Below are positions 22,495-32,336 of a stretch of DNA of 64,000 nucleotides, in pieces. The stretch is from NCBI GenBank assembly GCA_965223545.1, contig OZ245006.1, forward strand, positions 256,001 to 320,000. The letters are read 5' to 3'. A program made the position numbers and the translations under genes. Positions within the stretch are counted from its first letter, which is position 1. Each line of letters starts with the position of its first letter. The notes beneath the pieces are model-generated. The model did not search any database. It saw nothing but the letters and a program-made list of their open reading frames with translations, and was not told where the DNA came from. Source of the DNA: Planctomycetota bacterium. GTDB taxonomy: Bacteria; Planctomycetota; UBA1135; UBA2386.

Positions 22495-24063
22495 TCACGG
22501 ACACTTCCACACGACCTGCAAACCCCGCCTTCCGAACACGACGATCTCGTCCCGTCCACCGGCGAAGAAATCGGCAGTGGTCGCGCCGAAGGCCGAGATG
22601 CTGCCGACACCCGTCGGCCGATCGTGCCCGAACACCTCATTCCAGACGTACGGCAGCGCCGGATCGGAGCCGTCGAACCTCAGGCGCCACACCGAGTAGC
22701 GGTTGTGCGAGAACGAGAGCACCTCGTCGGTCGTGCCGCCGTCCCAATCGATGACTTGCAAGAGACCCCCGCGCGGGCCGACCGGCAAGGGCGTGCCGTT
22801 GTTGTTCGCGATCACCAACTCTTGCCCTCGGGCGTTCACCGTCACGGTGCCCGCGAAGTAGAGCGGCGGTCCCTTCGCCGCCGCGACGTAGTGGTAGCCG
22901 TCGAAGCCGAACGCGTCGGGCCCATCGATCAGCCGAGCGCTGACCGCCTGTTGCCCGTGGTAGATCGCCTCGGTCAGGTCGTTCTTGCGCGTGTTCTCCC
23001 AGATCTTCGCCGGTGCGCAGCCGGTGCCGCCCGCGGTCGTCAGCAGGTCGTAGCCGTCGTGCAGGATCAGCAACAGCGGCGCCGCGCCGGTGTTGCCGGC
23101 TGGGTAGTACGGCATCACGGTGTCGGCGTGGTTGTAGTTGCCGGTGTGATTGGTCAGGAACGAGATGCTGGTGCGGAAGTCCCAGCTGCAGTTGTTCCAG
23201 ACGTCGATGACGCCATTCTCGAGAATGTCTTCGTGGCCATCGCCGTTGACGTCGACGTGCTGCGGATAGTGCGTCGCCGCACCGGACGAGCCGCGCTGGA
23301 AGAAGGCGTTCAGCGCGCCGACTGCGTACTCGGCCAGCGCCATGCGGCCGGCCTGGGTACCGAACAGATAGACGTCGTCGGTCGCCGTTCCTCCGCGCAC
23401 GCGCGCGCTCTGCACGACGAAGTTCGAGCCGCCCGCGCCGCCGCCGGTGTTGTTGGCGTGAAACGTCCAAGCGGTGGCGAAGGTGTCGACGTCGACGGTG
23501 GCACCGATGATCGGCGTCGGCTCGCCAAAGATGGGATCCGCAGCGCCGGCTCCGGTCTCGATGATGACCAACCGCGACGACCCCGAGCCGGCACAGCCGC
23601 CGGCGTGGCCGATCACCGCAGCGACCTCGTTGCGGCCATCGCCGTCGAAGTCGGCGATGGCGGCGCTGTCGGTACCCCAATCGTGCTTGTACAGGTCACC
23701 GCACGCGTCGAAGTGGACCCACAGCACACTGGGCTGCGCCAGCATCGTGCCGGCGGCGTTCATCACCTTGACGGCCATCAGCAGTCGCTGCTCGGCCTGG
23801 AACAACAGGTCGGGTTGGCCGTCGTTGTCGATGTCGCCGATGCTGACCGCGATGGGCGTGTAGTTGGGCCGGCCCGCGGGCGCGGGCGGCATGCCGTTGG
23901 GATTGTTGACCGATTGCGCGCGCAAGGTGACGAACGCACCGGTGTTGGGAAAGCTGCTCTCGATCAGACCGCACGGCGCGGGAAACGCCTGTTGGGCCGC
24001 GAGCGAGAGGACAGGTGTACAGAGGAAGAACGCGGCGCAACGCGCGCGAGAGAGCGGACTCAT
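22495..24063 (-). CDS. Secreted beta-propeller protein with DxDxDG calcium-binding repeats
   Basis: Signal peptide ending LAAQQ; GDIDNDGQPD, ADFDGDGRNE, VDVNGDGHED, ADFFAGGRDE. Confidence 0.8.
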   Translation of the reverse strand: MSPLSRARCAAFFLCTPVLSLAAQQAFPAPCGLIESSFPNTGAFVTLRAQSVNNPNGMPPAPAGRPNYTPIAVSIGDIDNDGQPDLLFQAEQRLLMAVKVMNAAGTMLAQPSVLWVHFDACGDLYKHDWGTDSAAIADFDGDGRNEVAAVIGHAGGCAGSGSSRLVIIETGAGAADPIFGEPTPIIGATVDVDTFATAWTFHANNTGGGAGGSNFVVQSARVRGGTATDDVYLFGTQAGRMALAEYAVGALNAFFQRGSSGAATHYPQHVDVNGDGHEDILENGVIDVWNNCSWDFRTSISFLTNHTGNYNHADTVMPYYPAGNTGAAPLLLILHDGYDLLTTAGGTGCAPAKIWENTRKNDLTEAIYHGQQAVSARLIDGPDAFGFDGYHYVAAAKGPPLYFAGTVTVNARGQELVIANNNGTPLPVGPRGGLLQVIDWDGGTTDEVLSFSHNRYSVWRLRFDGSDPALPYVWNEVFGHDRPTGVGSISAFGATTADFFAGGRDEIVVFGRRGLQVVWKCP

Positions 24064-24168
24064 GGTGGAACTGCCTGGGGTTTCGAGAAAGCGCGAGCCG
24101 TCCTCGCGCGACATCCCGAACGCGCTCCGTGATCGGGGCCGAGTTTCAGAAACTCGAGCCCGCGCCCG

Positions 24169-25500
24169 TCACTCGGCAGTCGCCCATCGCTGCCACCGGC
24201 CACGTGCCTCGGTCAGATCCGTGCGCACCATGCGCAGATGCAGGCGGAGGTGATACAGCTCGTCGGCGTAGCCGAGCGGCACAGCGACGTCTGCCAGCTC
24301 GGAGTCGAGCTCGTCGAGCTCCTTGGCGGCGGCGGCGAGCCGCGCGCGATCGGCGCCCGCCGCGCGCAAGTCGGCTTCCAACGCACGGACGCGCTTGTAG
24401 TAGGTCAAGATGCGGCGCCGCACACGCCACCGGTACAGCGGGGGCGCCAGCCGCGCCAGCGGCAGCAGCAGCGTGAGCAGCGGCAGCGCCAAGATCTTCA
24501 GCCGGTCCACCGCCGCCGCGACTTGGAATGGCAGCACGCGAAACAACCACGACGGCCCGTGCTCCAAGGCGCGCAACCCCGCCTCGGACGGCGCGACGTC
24601 GAGCAGTCGCGCGCTCGGAAACGCGCCGGCTTCCTCCAACACACCCCGGCCACCGTAGTGGGCTTTCGCCGCCTCGACCAGCAGCGCCACGACGGCCGGA
24701 TGCAGCTCTTCCCGCGCCACCATCGTCGCGGCGGCCGCCACGGTGTGCACGTCGCGGGCGGGCAGATCACTGCCGAGATCGATCGCACCGCGCGGGATGC
24801 GCGCCGTCTGCAAGAACGGCAGGTGTCGACAGATGCCGGCGGCGCGGACCAGATCGGCCACCTCGATGCCGTCGGCGACCAGCAGGCGGCGCACGGTCTC
24901 ACTGCGCGGCGCGGCGACCAAGACCACCGCGTCCAGCGCGCCGTCGAGGAGCGCACTGCCGGCGTCGGCCGGGCCGCGGTCGTCGACCTGGAGGGCGGCC
25001 ATCGACACTCCGGCGAGTTCGAGCAGGCGCTCGCTCAGCGCCCTGCTGCCGCTGCCCGGCGCCCCGAGCGCGACCCGGCGGCCGGCGAGGTCTTCGAGCT
25101 GATCGATGGGCTCGCGACCGAAGACCCAGAGCGGCTCCAGGTACAGGCTGGCGACGCCGACCAGCCCCGGCTCGTCCGGCGCAGCCAAGCCGCCCTGCAC
25201 CAGACCGACGTCGATCTCGCCGGCGCGCAAGCGGGCCAGGTTGTCGGCCGACCCCGCGCTCTCGATCGGCACCGGCGTGATCCCCGCCGCCGAGAGGGCA
25301 GCGCCCAGCACCGCGCCGGCGGCTGCGTAACCGCCGCCCGCCTCACCGGTGCCGAGCCGCACCCGCTCCGGCGGCGGCGCGCCCGCGTAGCGCAAGGCCA
25401 CCGCGAAGCCCACCACGGTGAGCAACGTCGCCACGCCCCAAAGCCACCAAGCCTCGCGGCGCGCGGAACTCTCGGCGCGGTCGACCATCGGCCTGACCAT
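24169..25500 (-). CDS. TAXI-family solute-binding protein with N- and C-terminal membrane segments
   Basis: TGEAGGGY, SAGSADNL, VQGG, LYLEPLWVF, GAPGSG, C-terminal LYRWRVRRRI and LYHLRLH. Confidence 0.85.
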   Translation of the reverse strand: MVRPMVDRAESSARREAWWLWGVATLLTVVGFAVALRYAGAPPPERVRLGTGEAGGGYAAAGAVLGAALSAAGITPVPIESAGSADNLARLRAGEIDVGLVQGGLAAPDEPGLVGVASLYLEPLWVFGREPIDQLEDLAGRRVALGAPGSGSRALSERLLELAGVSMAALQVDDRGPADAGSALLDGALDAVVLVAAPRSETVRRLLVADGIEVADLVRAAGICRHLPFLQTARIPRGAIDLGSDLPARDVHTVAAAATMVAREELHPAVVALLVEAAKAHYGGRGVLEEAGAFPSARLLDVAPSEAGLRALEHGPSWLFRVLPFQVAAAVDRLKILALPLLTLLLPLARLAPPLYRWRVRRRILTYYKRVRALEADLRAAGADRARLAAAAKELDELDSELADVAVPLGYADELYHLRLHLRMVRTDLTEARGRWQRWATAE

Positions 25501-25565
25501 AGCGCTATGCAGAAGCGGAGCCACCGCGCTGCTGAAGCGTGGCGGCGGCCTTGAAAGACCCCGCT

Positions 25566-26036
25566 TCAGCGAGCCCCGTCTTGCGGCGCGCGGGTCGCCG
25601 GCGCGTGCACCTCCGGAGCGCACACCTCGCCCATCACGAGCTCTGCGTCCGGCGGCACCGGCGCCACCAGCTGCCCGGGCGTCGGGTCTCCCGCCCCGGC
25701 CGGTTCGACCGGCTGCCGCCGGCATGAGAACGCGCCGCACAACACCATGCCCAGCAACGCCGTCGTCCTGGCGAACGCACGCCGCGCCCGGTGCCGCAAA
25801 CCCACCGGGCAGTCCGCGGTCAGCACGGTGCCGTCGGCGCGGCGGAAGAAGCGGACACACAGCCGACCTTCGGCCTGCGCCACCAGGCGCTCGGCCGCGC
25901 TCCGGCTCATTCCGCTGAGGTTGTAGACGTTGCGCTCGCACTGCGCGCAGAAGCGCCGCCGGTCGTCGCCGGCCATCGCGCTCCAGTCAGCGCTGCACGG
26001 CGCGGCGACGCGCATCGAATCGAAGGTGTCGGTCAT
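25566..26036 (-). CDS. Conserved Cys-rich hypothetical protein
   Basis: PCSADWSAMAGDDRRRFCAQCERNVYNLS...LCVRFFRRADGTVLTADCP. Confidence 0.75.
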   Translation of the reverse strand: MTDTFDSMRVAAPCSADWSAMAGDDRRRFCAQCERNVYNLSGMSRSAAERLVAQAEGRLCVRFFRRADGTVLTADCPVGLRHRARRAFARTTALLGMVLCGAFSCRRQPVEPAGAGDPTPGQLVAPVPPDAELVMGEVCAPEVHAPATRAPQDGAR

Positions 26037-26224
26037 GGTTGGGCAAGGCTGGGTCACAGTCGTCTCCTGTTGGTGTTCGGCAAGGCATCAACCACGGCCG
26101 GCGGCGCGGGTTCCCCGCCGTCCAGAATCGGGACCGACCGCGCCGCCGCCGACGGCGGCAGCCGGACGCCGAGGCGGTATGCTGGCAACGCGCGCCCCCG
26201 GCCCCTGACAGCCCGCTGCCGCCG

Positions 26225-27409
26225 ATGCACCGACCACCCCACCGGATCTTCGCCGCCCTGCTGCTCGCCGCCGCCGTTCTGCCCGCCCAGAAAGACGACG
26301 CTGAGAAATGGCGCGAGGACCCGCATACCCGAGGCGAGCGCGAGGCGTTGGACCGCGCCGGATACGTCAACCTCGGCCACTTCGCACTCGGCGACAACCA
26401 CAACAGCATGGACGTCGAGCACGTTCTCGGCGAAGAGGTCAAGATCCTGTGGATCGAGACCGCGCACTTCCGCCTGGGCTGCAACCTGCCCGAGTACAAG
26501 ATCACCGAACGCGAGGAACGCGACAAGATCGGCGCCGAGGTGCGCGCGCTGCGCGACATCCTGCCCCGCATTCCACGCCGCGTCCGCACGCTGTCGCCGT
26601 GGTTGCGGGCGCACCTCTACGCGTACCGGCTCGAGCAGCAGTACCAGGACTTCTGCGAGCGGCTCGGCGTCACCGATGCCGACTTTCCCGCCGAGGCCCC
26701 GATCCTGGGCCAGCCGTACAAGTTCCCCGTGCTGCTCTTCGAGAAGGCCAGCAGTGTCGGCCACTACGCCACCACGTTCATGGCGATGCAGCCGCCCGAC
26801 AACGCCGTGCGGCACTACTTCGACAACACCAAGGCGTTGGTGTTGGTGACCTGCACCGAGTTTGCCGGTGAGACCTTGAAGATCGACACCGCGATGCACT
26901 GCGAGGTGGCGTTCAACAACGCCCACAACATGGTCGACGCCTACCGCGGCTACCGCCACCGGATGCCGCACTGGTTCGGCCAGGGTTTGGCCCACTGGTA
27001 CCTGCGCCGCGTGAGCCCGAAGTACAACGTGTTCGCCGAGGAGGTGCGGTTCGACGCCCGGCCCAAGATGTTGTGGGACTGGCCGCCGAGGGTGCGGGCC
27101 CGCGTGGAGCACGGCGTGTTCCCGCCGGCCGCGGAACTCTTGCGGTGGCGCTACGAGGACGAGGCCAAGCTGGTCGACAGCATGTTCCTCTGGTCGCGGC
27201 TGGACTTCTTGATGAGCCTGGGTGACGAGCGGTTTCGCATTTTCCTACACCGCATGAAGGGGCGCATCCCCGCCGAGGGGTTCATGCCGACCGAGGAAGA
27301 AGTCCACAAGGAGCAGCTGCTCGCGATGGAGGAAGCCTGGCAGCTGACCCCGGAGCGGTTCGACGAGGATTGGGCGGCCTGGGTCCTCCAGACCTATCCC
27401 CGCAAGTGA
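26225..27409 (+). CDS. Secreted hypothetical protein, possible degenerate zincin-like fold
   Basis: Signal peptide ending LPAQ; NNAHNM...PHWFGQGLAHWY resembles HExxH...PxWxxEGxA with substitutions. Confidence 0.75.
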   Translation: MHRPPHRIFAALLLAAAVLPAQKDDAEKWREDPHTRGEREALDRAGYVNLGHFALGDNHNSMDVEHVLGEEVKILWIETAHFRLGCNLPEYKITEREERDKIGAEVRALRDILPRIPRRVRTLSPWLRAHLYAYRLEQQYQDFCERLGVTDADFPAEAPILGQPYKFPVLLFEKASSVGHYATTFMAMQPPDNAVRHYFDNTKALVLVTCTEFAGETLKIDTAMHCEVAFNNAHNMVDAYRGYRHRMPHWFGQGLAHWYLRRVSPKYNVFAEEVRFDARPKMLWDWPPRVRARVEHGVFPPAAELLRWRYEDEAKLVDSMFLWSRLDFLMSLGDERFRIFLHRMKGRIPAEGFMPTEEEVHKEQLLAMEEAWQLTPERFDEDWAAWVLQTYPRK

Positions 27410-27524
27410 GCAAGGCGGCCGCTGGCCGAACCGCCCCGAGCCCTTGGCGCGGACGGCACCAGCAGTTACACTTTGGCTCCCCATAGGCGCCTGCCCGAGC
27501 CGAACTGACCCTGGAGGGTTTTCG

Positions 27525-28463
27525 ATGCGCGAGTCTCTGTTGAACGTGGTCCCGATCGCACTGGCTCTCGGCCTGCTCGCCGCACCGGCCACCTCGCAGT
27601 GATGAGCGGGCCCTTCGGCCTCCGGTTCGGGGGCCCCGAGTCCTGCGGCACCTGGTGGTGGCGGCCTCAACGGCCCACGACCCGGCGGCGGTCCGCCCGG
27701 CGCCGGCCCGATGACGGGCGGCGGCGCGCGCGGGGTGCCGATCTCCTTCGAGCGGCGCAAGACCAGTAAGGACCGTCTGCAGATCGACTGGGATTTCCCG
27801 GCCAGCCTGCAGATCGAGGACCAGACCGGTCAGCACACCGTCGTCGGCCAGCGGATGTACGCGCTGCCCCTCGACGAGGCCTTCGACCGCCTGGCGGCCG
27901 AGGATCTGCGCCCCCTGCTCGTGCTGCGCGAGTGCGGCCGTTGCGCCGGCACCGACGACGCGCTGCTGAGCCGGACGCTCGACAACGAGAAGACGCTGCT
28001 GCTGGCCAAGTTCTTCCACTGCGTCAAGCTCAAGGAGCACGTCGTCGAGGAAGACCACTCGTTCCACCGGCTGTTCGACGGTGATCGTCCACCGCACCTT
28101 CTGCTCGCCACGCACGACGGCGGCGTCATCGCGCCGCTGCCCGGCACCCAGTCGCAGAAGGAGCTGTGGCAGCACATGCTCAAGATCCTCGACCTGACCT
28201 ACGAGAAGGACGCCGAGCTCGCGGTCAAGGGCATGCTCAAGCTGCTGTCCCACTACGACCACTTGGACAGCATGGAGGACGGCTACCTCGAGCAAATGGA
28301 CATCGAGATCGAGCGCCGCGGGCCGAAGTCGCCCAAGCTGCGCCGGCTCAAGGCCAAGCTCGACACGATCCGCGAGAAGAAGGAAGCCGCGCTCGCTCGC
28401 GAGCAGGAGCTGCTCGATCTCGGCCTCAAGGCGGAGATCGCGGCCGACGCCCGCTCCAACTGA
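27525..28463 (+). CDS. Secreted CxxC thioredoxin-like protein with two tandem in-frame UGA codons (candidate selenoprotein)
   Basis: GGAGG RBS, ATG 27525, signal peptide to PATSQ, TGA TGA at 27600-27605, frame continues through a Gly/Pro linker into ORF 27711..28463 (RPLLVLRECGRC). The body is clearly coding; read-through is inferred. Confidence 0.6.
27608..27636 (+). promoter_or_regulatory. Hairpin directly 3' of the UGA-UGA pair (possible SECIS-like element)
   Basis: GGGCCCTTCGGCC-TCC-GGTTCGGGGGCCC folds as a long stem with G-U pairs; the loop is not the canonical E. coli type. Confidence 0.35.
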
Positions 28464-28666
28464 GCGGCGCGTCCCCGCCGTCGGCCCGGCTCAGGGTCGG
28501 CGGCCCGCGCGGGCGGAACAGGCGAACCGGTGCGGTGACGCCCGGTCTCGCTGCGCGCTGCAAAAACTCGGCGAAATCCGCAAACCTTCGCGCCGCTCGG
28601 CAGAATGGGTCTTCGCCCTAGCGTCCGGCAACCAGGTGCCGGTGCGCGCAAACTCCGGAGACATAC

Positions 28667-29389
28667 ATGCTGCTCAAGGCCACCGCCGTCGGTTTCATCC
28701 TCGCGTCCACGCCGCTGTTCTTCGTCACCCCGCAGGACACGTTCACGGGAGACGACTCCCCCGCGGCCCTCGGCGACGGCAGCGCCGTCGCCGAGCTGCG
28801 CAGCCTGCGCGAACAGGTGGCCGCCATGCGCGGCGAGCTGCAGGTGATGCGGGAGCGCTGCGGCAGCTTCGCGCAGCAGCTGGAGGAGGCCCTCGACATG
28901 CTCGAGGCCGCGCAGACCACCGAGCGGCGCAGCTGCAGCCCGTCGCGCTCGCAGCGCCGCTCTCTGCTCAGCCAGTACCAGTGGATGCGCAAGTACGGGC
29001 ACGACGAGCGCGCCGGCCGAGCGCTCGCCCGCTTGCTCCGCACGGTCGGTGACGACCGCGACAACCTCAACCGCTTCTCCTGGCACTTGATGACCGAAAC
29101 GGCGACGCAAGGGCAGTTCGACGATGTCGCGCTCGTGCTCGCCGACCGCATGGTGAAGCACGGCCACTTGCGCCACAACCACTATGACACCATCGCGCTG
29201 GCGGCCTTCCTCAACGGCGATGTCGACCGGGCGATCACCATGCAGGGCGAGGCGGTCAAGCAGAAGAAGAACGACAGCGACTACCGCCGCCGTTTGCGCA
29301 CGTACGAGGCCTCCAAGCTGCTCGCCGCAGCGGCTCCGGAGAGCGCTCCTGACGTCGCCAAGCTGGTCGGCGAAGAAGAGGAGGAGTGA
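28667..29389 (+). CDS. Secreted coiled-coil/TPR-like protein
   Basis: GGAG RBS, signal-like N-terminus, coiled coil, LNRFSW...YDTIALAAFLNGDVDRAITMQ. Confidence 0.75.
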   Translation: MLLKATAVGFILASTPLFFVTPQDTFTGDDSPAALGDGSAVAELRSLREQVAAMRGELQVMRERCGSFAQQLEEALDMLEAAQTTERRSCSPSRSQRRSLLSQYQWMRKYGHDERAGRALARLLRTVGDDRDNLNRFSWHLMTETATQGQFDDVALVLADRMVKHGHLRHNHYDTIALAAFLNGDVDRAITMQGEAVKQKKNDSDYRRRLRTYEASKLLAAAAPESAPDVAKLVGEEEEE

Positions 29390-29395
29390 ACCGAC

Positions 29396-30385
29396 TCAGC
29401 GCGGCGGCGGCCGCGTGATTCCCGCGGCCACCGCTTCGGCCAGCGCCCAAGCCGACTCCGGCGCACAACCCTCGGCCTTGTTGTTGACGACGACATAGGC
29501 TTCGCGCCCGGCGGCCAACGCCTCGCTGCACAACCGAGCCAGGCCGGCGCGGGCCCCCTCGTCCGGCGCCACGCGCCGATTGAAGGGCTTGTAGCGCGCG
29601 ACAGCATCGTCGTAGCGCAAGCCATGCCCGAGCATCCAACGCGCGACCAGCGGCGCGCCGGGCTGCGCGCCGACGACAGCGCTCTGCTCGTCCAACGAGG
29701 GCATCGACGGATGCACGCTCAGGCAATGCTGCGCGCCCGACGCCACCAACGCCGCCGCGTAGTCCGCGGTCAGCAGCGCCGCGTCGCGCAGCTCGACGGC
29801 ATAGCGCGGCCCCCGCGGCAGGGCCCCAAGAAAGGCACCGAGCGCTTCGGCGAACAACCCGGGCTGCCGCGTCGTCGATGCCCCTTGCGGGGGCAGCTGC
29901 AGCACCAGGGCGCCGGCGCGCGCGCCGAGCCCTTCGACGTAAGGGGCGACGACCATATCGGTGGCGAAGCCGGCGTCGAGGTACAACGCGTTGGGTTCGC
30001 CCCGCCCTCCGCCGGCCGCGCGCTGGTGCGGCGACAGGCACTCCGCAGCCATCTTCACCAGGAAGCGGAAGTCCGCCGGCGTGTCGTCGGCGTATGCGCG
30101 CAGCTCGTCGGCGGTGACCGGCGCGTAGAACGCTCGATCGACGCAGACGGTGCGCAGGAGCGGGTGGCTGGCGTAGGCAGCCAAGCCGTGCCGGGCCAGC
30201 GCCCGTTGGGGCTCGGCGTCCGCGTAGACGATGCCGCGCCAGCCGGGGAACGACCACGAACACGTACCCACCCGCAGCCCCGCCGGCGCGCGCCGCGCCA
30301 GCGCGCGCTGCGCCTCGCTCGGCGCGGCGGGCCGCACGGCAGGCTCGTCATCCGCCGGCCCGAACAGCAGCCCCTGGCGCGGCAC
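29396..30385 (-). CDS. DUF72 family protein
   Basis: VGTCSWSFPGWRG, FRFLVK, LQLPP, YAVELR, VNNKAEG. Confidence 0.88.
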   Translation of the reverse strand: MPRQGLLFGPADDEPAVRPAAPSEAQRALARRAPAGLRVGTCSWSFPGWRGIVYADAEPQRALARHGLAAYASHPLLRTVCVDRAFYAPVTADELRAYADDTPADFRFLVKMAAECLSPHQRAAGGGRGEPNALYLDAGFATDMVVAPYVEGLGARAGALVLQLPPQGASTTRQPGLFAEALGAFLGALPRGPRYAVELRDAALLTADYAAALVASGAQHCLSVHPSMPSLDEQSAVVGAQPGAPLVARWMLGHGLRYDDAVARYKPFNRRVAPDEGARAGLARLCSEALAAGREAYVVVNNKAEGCAPESAWALAEAVAAGITRPPPR

Positions 30386-30391
30386 CTGGAC

Positions 30392-32194
30392 TCACTCCGG
30401 CCAGAGCTTCGGCACCAGCTGCTCGATGACCTGGCGCAGCTTCGGCAGCGCATCCCGACCACTGGCGGTCAGCGTCAAGTCGCGCACCTCCAGCGGATCG
30501 GTCTTCAAGTTGTAGAGCTCTTCGCCACCGTCGCCGGTGCGGATGTAGTGGATGTCGCCCACCACCACCGAGATGTTGTCGCCCTGCCGCCGGCCTTCGG
30601 TCACCAGCGCTTGCGACAGCACCACGTCGGGCTCCGTGCTGGCATCGTCACCGACGTACCGCAGCAGCGAGTGGCCCTGCAATCCGCCCGCGTCCTCGAT
30701 GCCGACGAGATCCAACACCGTCGCGGCCAGGTTGCGCTGACTCACCGCCTGCTCCACGCGCACGCCGTCGGCCAGCCGCTTGGGATAGTGAACCAACAGG
30801 GGCACCAGCACGCACTGCGTATAGAGGCTGTTGCCGTGGTCGTACAGCTGATGCTCGCCGAACTGCTCGCCGTGGTCGCTGGTGACGATCACGACCGTGT
30901 GGTCCAGCACGCCGGCCTCGCGCAGCCGGTCCAGCAGCAGCGCGATCTCCTGGTCGAGACTTTGGATCGTGCCGTCATAGCACGCGCGCTCGGCCTGCAC
31001 TTGCTCGGGCGTCAACTTCGACCAGTCGTCGGTCTCGATCAAGTTGGTGTCGTAGCGGAACGCTCCGCGCTCGAAGCCGGGCTCCAGTGGATCGAACGCC
31101 GGCGGCGGCAGGTACGGCGAGTGCGCGTCGTACAGATTGAGGAAGGCGAACCACGGCCGGTCCTCGACGGTCGACCGCCAGGCCTCGAACTCGTCGGCCA
31201 CGCGGGCGGCGGTCTTGCGGTTGAGGTTGTCGTGATAGCCCCAGACCTCGCGCAGCGCCTGCCAGTTGGTCAGGGCGCGGCCCCACGACGTGCTCAGCAC
31301 GACCTGGCCCGCGGTCACCGGGTGGTCTTCGTAGTGCGCGAAACCGCGGCTCAAACCGACCTCCCAGCTGCAGTAGTTGAGGTTGGCGACGAAACCGCCG
31401 CAGGCGTAGCCGTTCTTGGCCAGCACTTCGGCCAGGGTCGGTGGCGTCGACTCCAGCGGATCGGCCCAATTGGCGCGAAACTCGTGGTGGAACAGGCCGG
31501 TGAACATGCTCGCGTGGCTGGGCAGAGTCCACGGAGAGGTCGAGAACGCGCGGTCGAAGACCACCGACGCGTTGGCCAGCTGGTCGAGCCGCGGGGTGGT
31601 GGGATGCTCGTAGCCGTGCAGGCTCAGACTCTCGGCGCGCACGGTGTCGAGCACGATCAGCAAGACGTTGGGCCGGCCCGGCGTCGCCGCCGGCAGGCCC
31701 GCGACCTCCTGCTGCCCCTGCCAGGCTCGCCACCACGGCACCGCGAAGGCCGCGACCGGAAGCGACACCGCCGCCACCACGCCGACGCGGCGGGCCAACC
31801 GCAGCCAGCTGCCGCGCCGCGCGAAGCCGCGCCCGAGCTGGATGCCGACGCCGAGGGCGACGGCACCGCTCGCCGCGGGGTGGATCTCGTCGAACAGCAG
31901 CAGAACCGACAGCACGGCGAGACCGAAACCCAAACCGGCGACGACCGCCGGCCGGCGGAGCGGTCGCACGGCGGTTCCCAACACCCACAGGACCGCGGCG
32001 AGGACCACGAGCAGCACGGCGCCACCCAGGGGAGCCATCCACACGACGTCCCGGGAGACGAACAGCAACTCGCCGAACCCGTAGCGGCGCACCGCTTGCG
32101 CGATCAGCTCGGCGATGCCAGCGAGCAGGCCGAAGAACGCGGCCATCGCGAGATGAGAACCGAGGGTTGGGGCGTCGTTGGGGCTTCGCTGCAT
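30392..32194 (-). CDS. Membrane-anchored sulfatase-like (alkaline phosphatase superfamily) protein
   Basis: N-terminal TM helices, PNVLLIVLDTVRA, SPWTLPSHASMFTG, DAHSPY, TSDHGE, ELYNLKTDP. Confidence 0.9.
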   Translation of the reverse strand: MQRSPNDAPTLGSHLAMAAFFGLLAGIAELIAQAVRRYGFGELLFVSRDVVWMAPLGGAVLLVVLAAVLWVLGTAVRPLRRPAVVAGLGFGLAVLSVLLLFDEIHPAASGAVALGVGIQLGRGFARRGSWLRLARRVGVVAAVSLPVAAFAVPWWRAWQGQQEVAGLPAATPGRPNVLLIVLDTVRAESLSLHGYEHPTTPRLDQLANASVVFDRAFSTSPWTLPSHASMFTGLFHHEFRANWADPLESTPPTLAEVLAKNGYACGGFVANLNYCSWEVGLSRGFAHYEDHPVTAGQVVLSTSWGRALTNWQALREVWGYHDNLNRKTAARVADEFEAWRSTVEDRPWFAFLNLYDAHSPYLPPPAFDPLEPGFERGAFRYDTNLIETDDWSKLTPEQVQAERACYDGTIQSLDQEIALLLDRLREAGVLDHTVVIVTSDHGEQFGEHQLYDHGNSLYTQCVLVPLLVHYPKRLADGVRVEQAVSQRNLAATVLDLVGIEDAGGLQGHSLLRYVGDDASTEPDVVLSQALVTEGRRQGDNISVVVGDIHYIRTGDGGEELYNLKTDPLEVRDLTLTASGRDALPKLRQVIEQLVPKLWPE

Positions 32195-32336
32195 ATGGCT
32201 TCTCGCCGGGCGAGCCTAGTGGATCCCCGCGCCCAGAGCCAGCGAGCGGCCCGGGCTTGGTTCCCCTTCCGCACACCGCCACACTGACTCGTACTCGGCA
32301 GCACACCTCTTCCGAGTGCTTTCCGACAGGCTCGAC

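Noticed and set aside
28461..28493. TGAGC...GCTCA inverted repeat after the CxxC gene
   Set aside because: Short and has no U-tract; cannot be called a terminator or an element copy
29395..29416. CTCAGCGCGGCGGCGGCCGCGT at the DUF72 stop, similar to the element's right end
   Set aside because: Lies within coding sequence (TRPPPR*) and lacks the other conserved blocks
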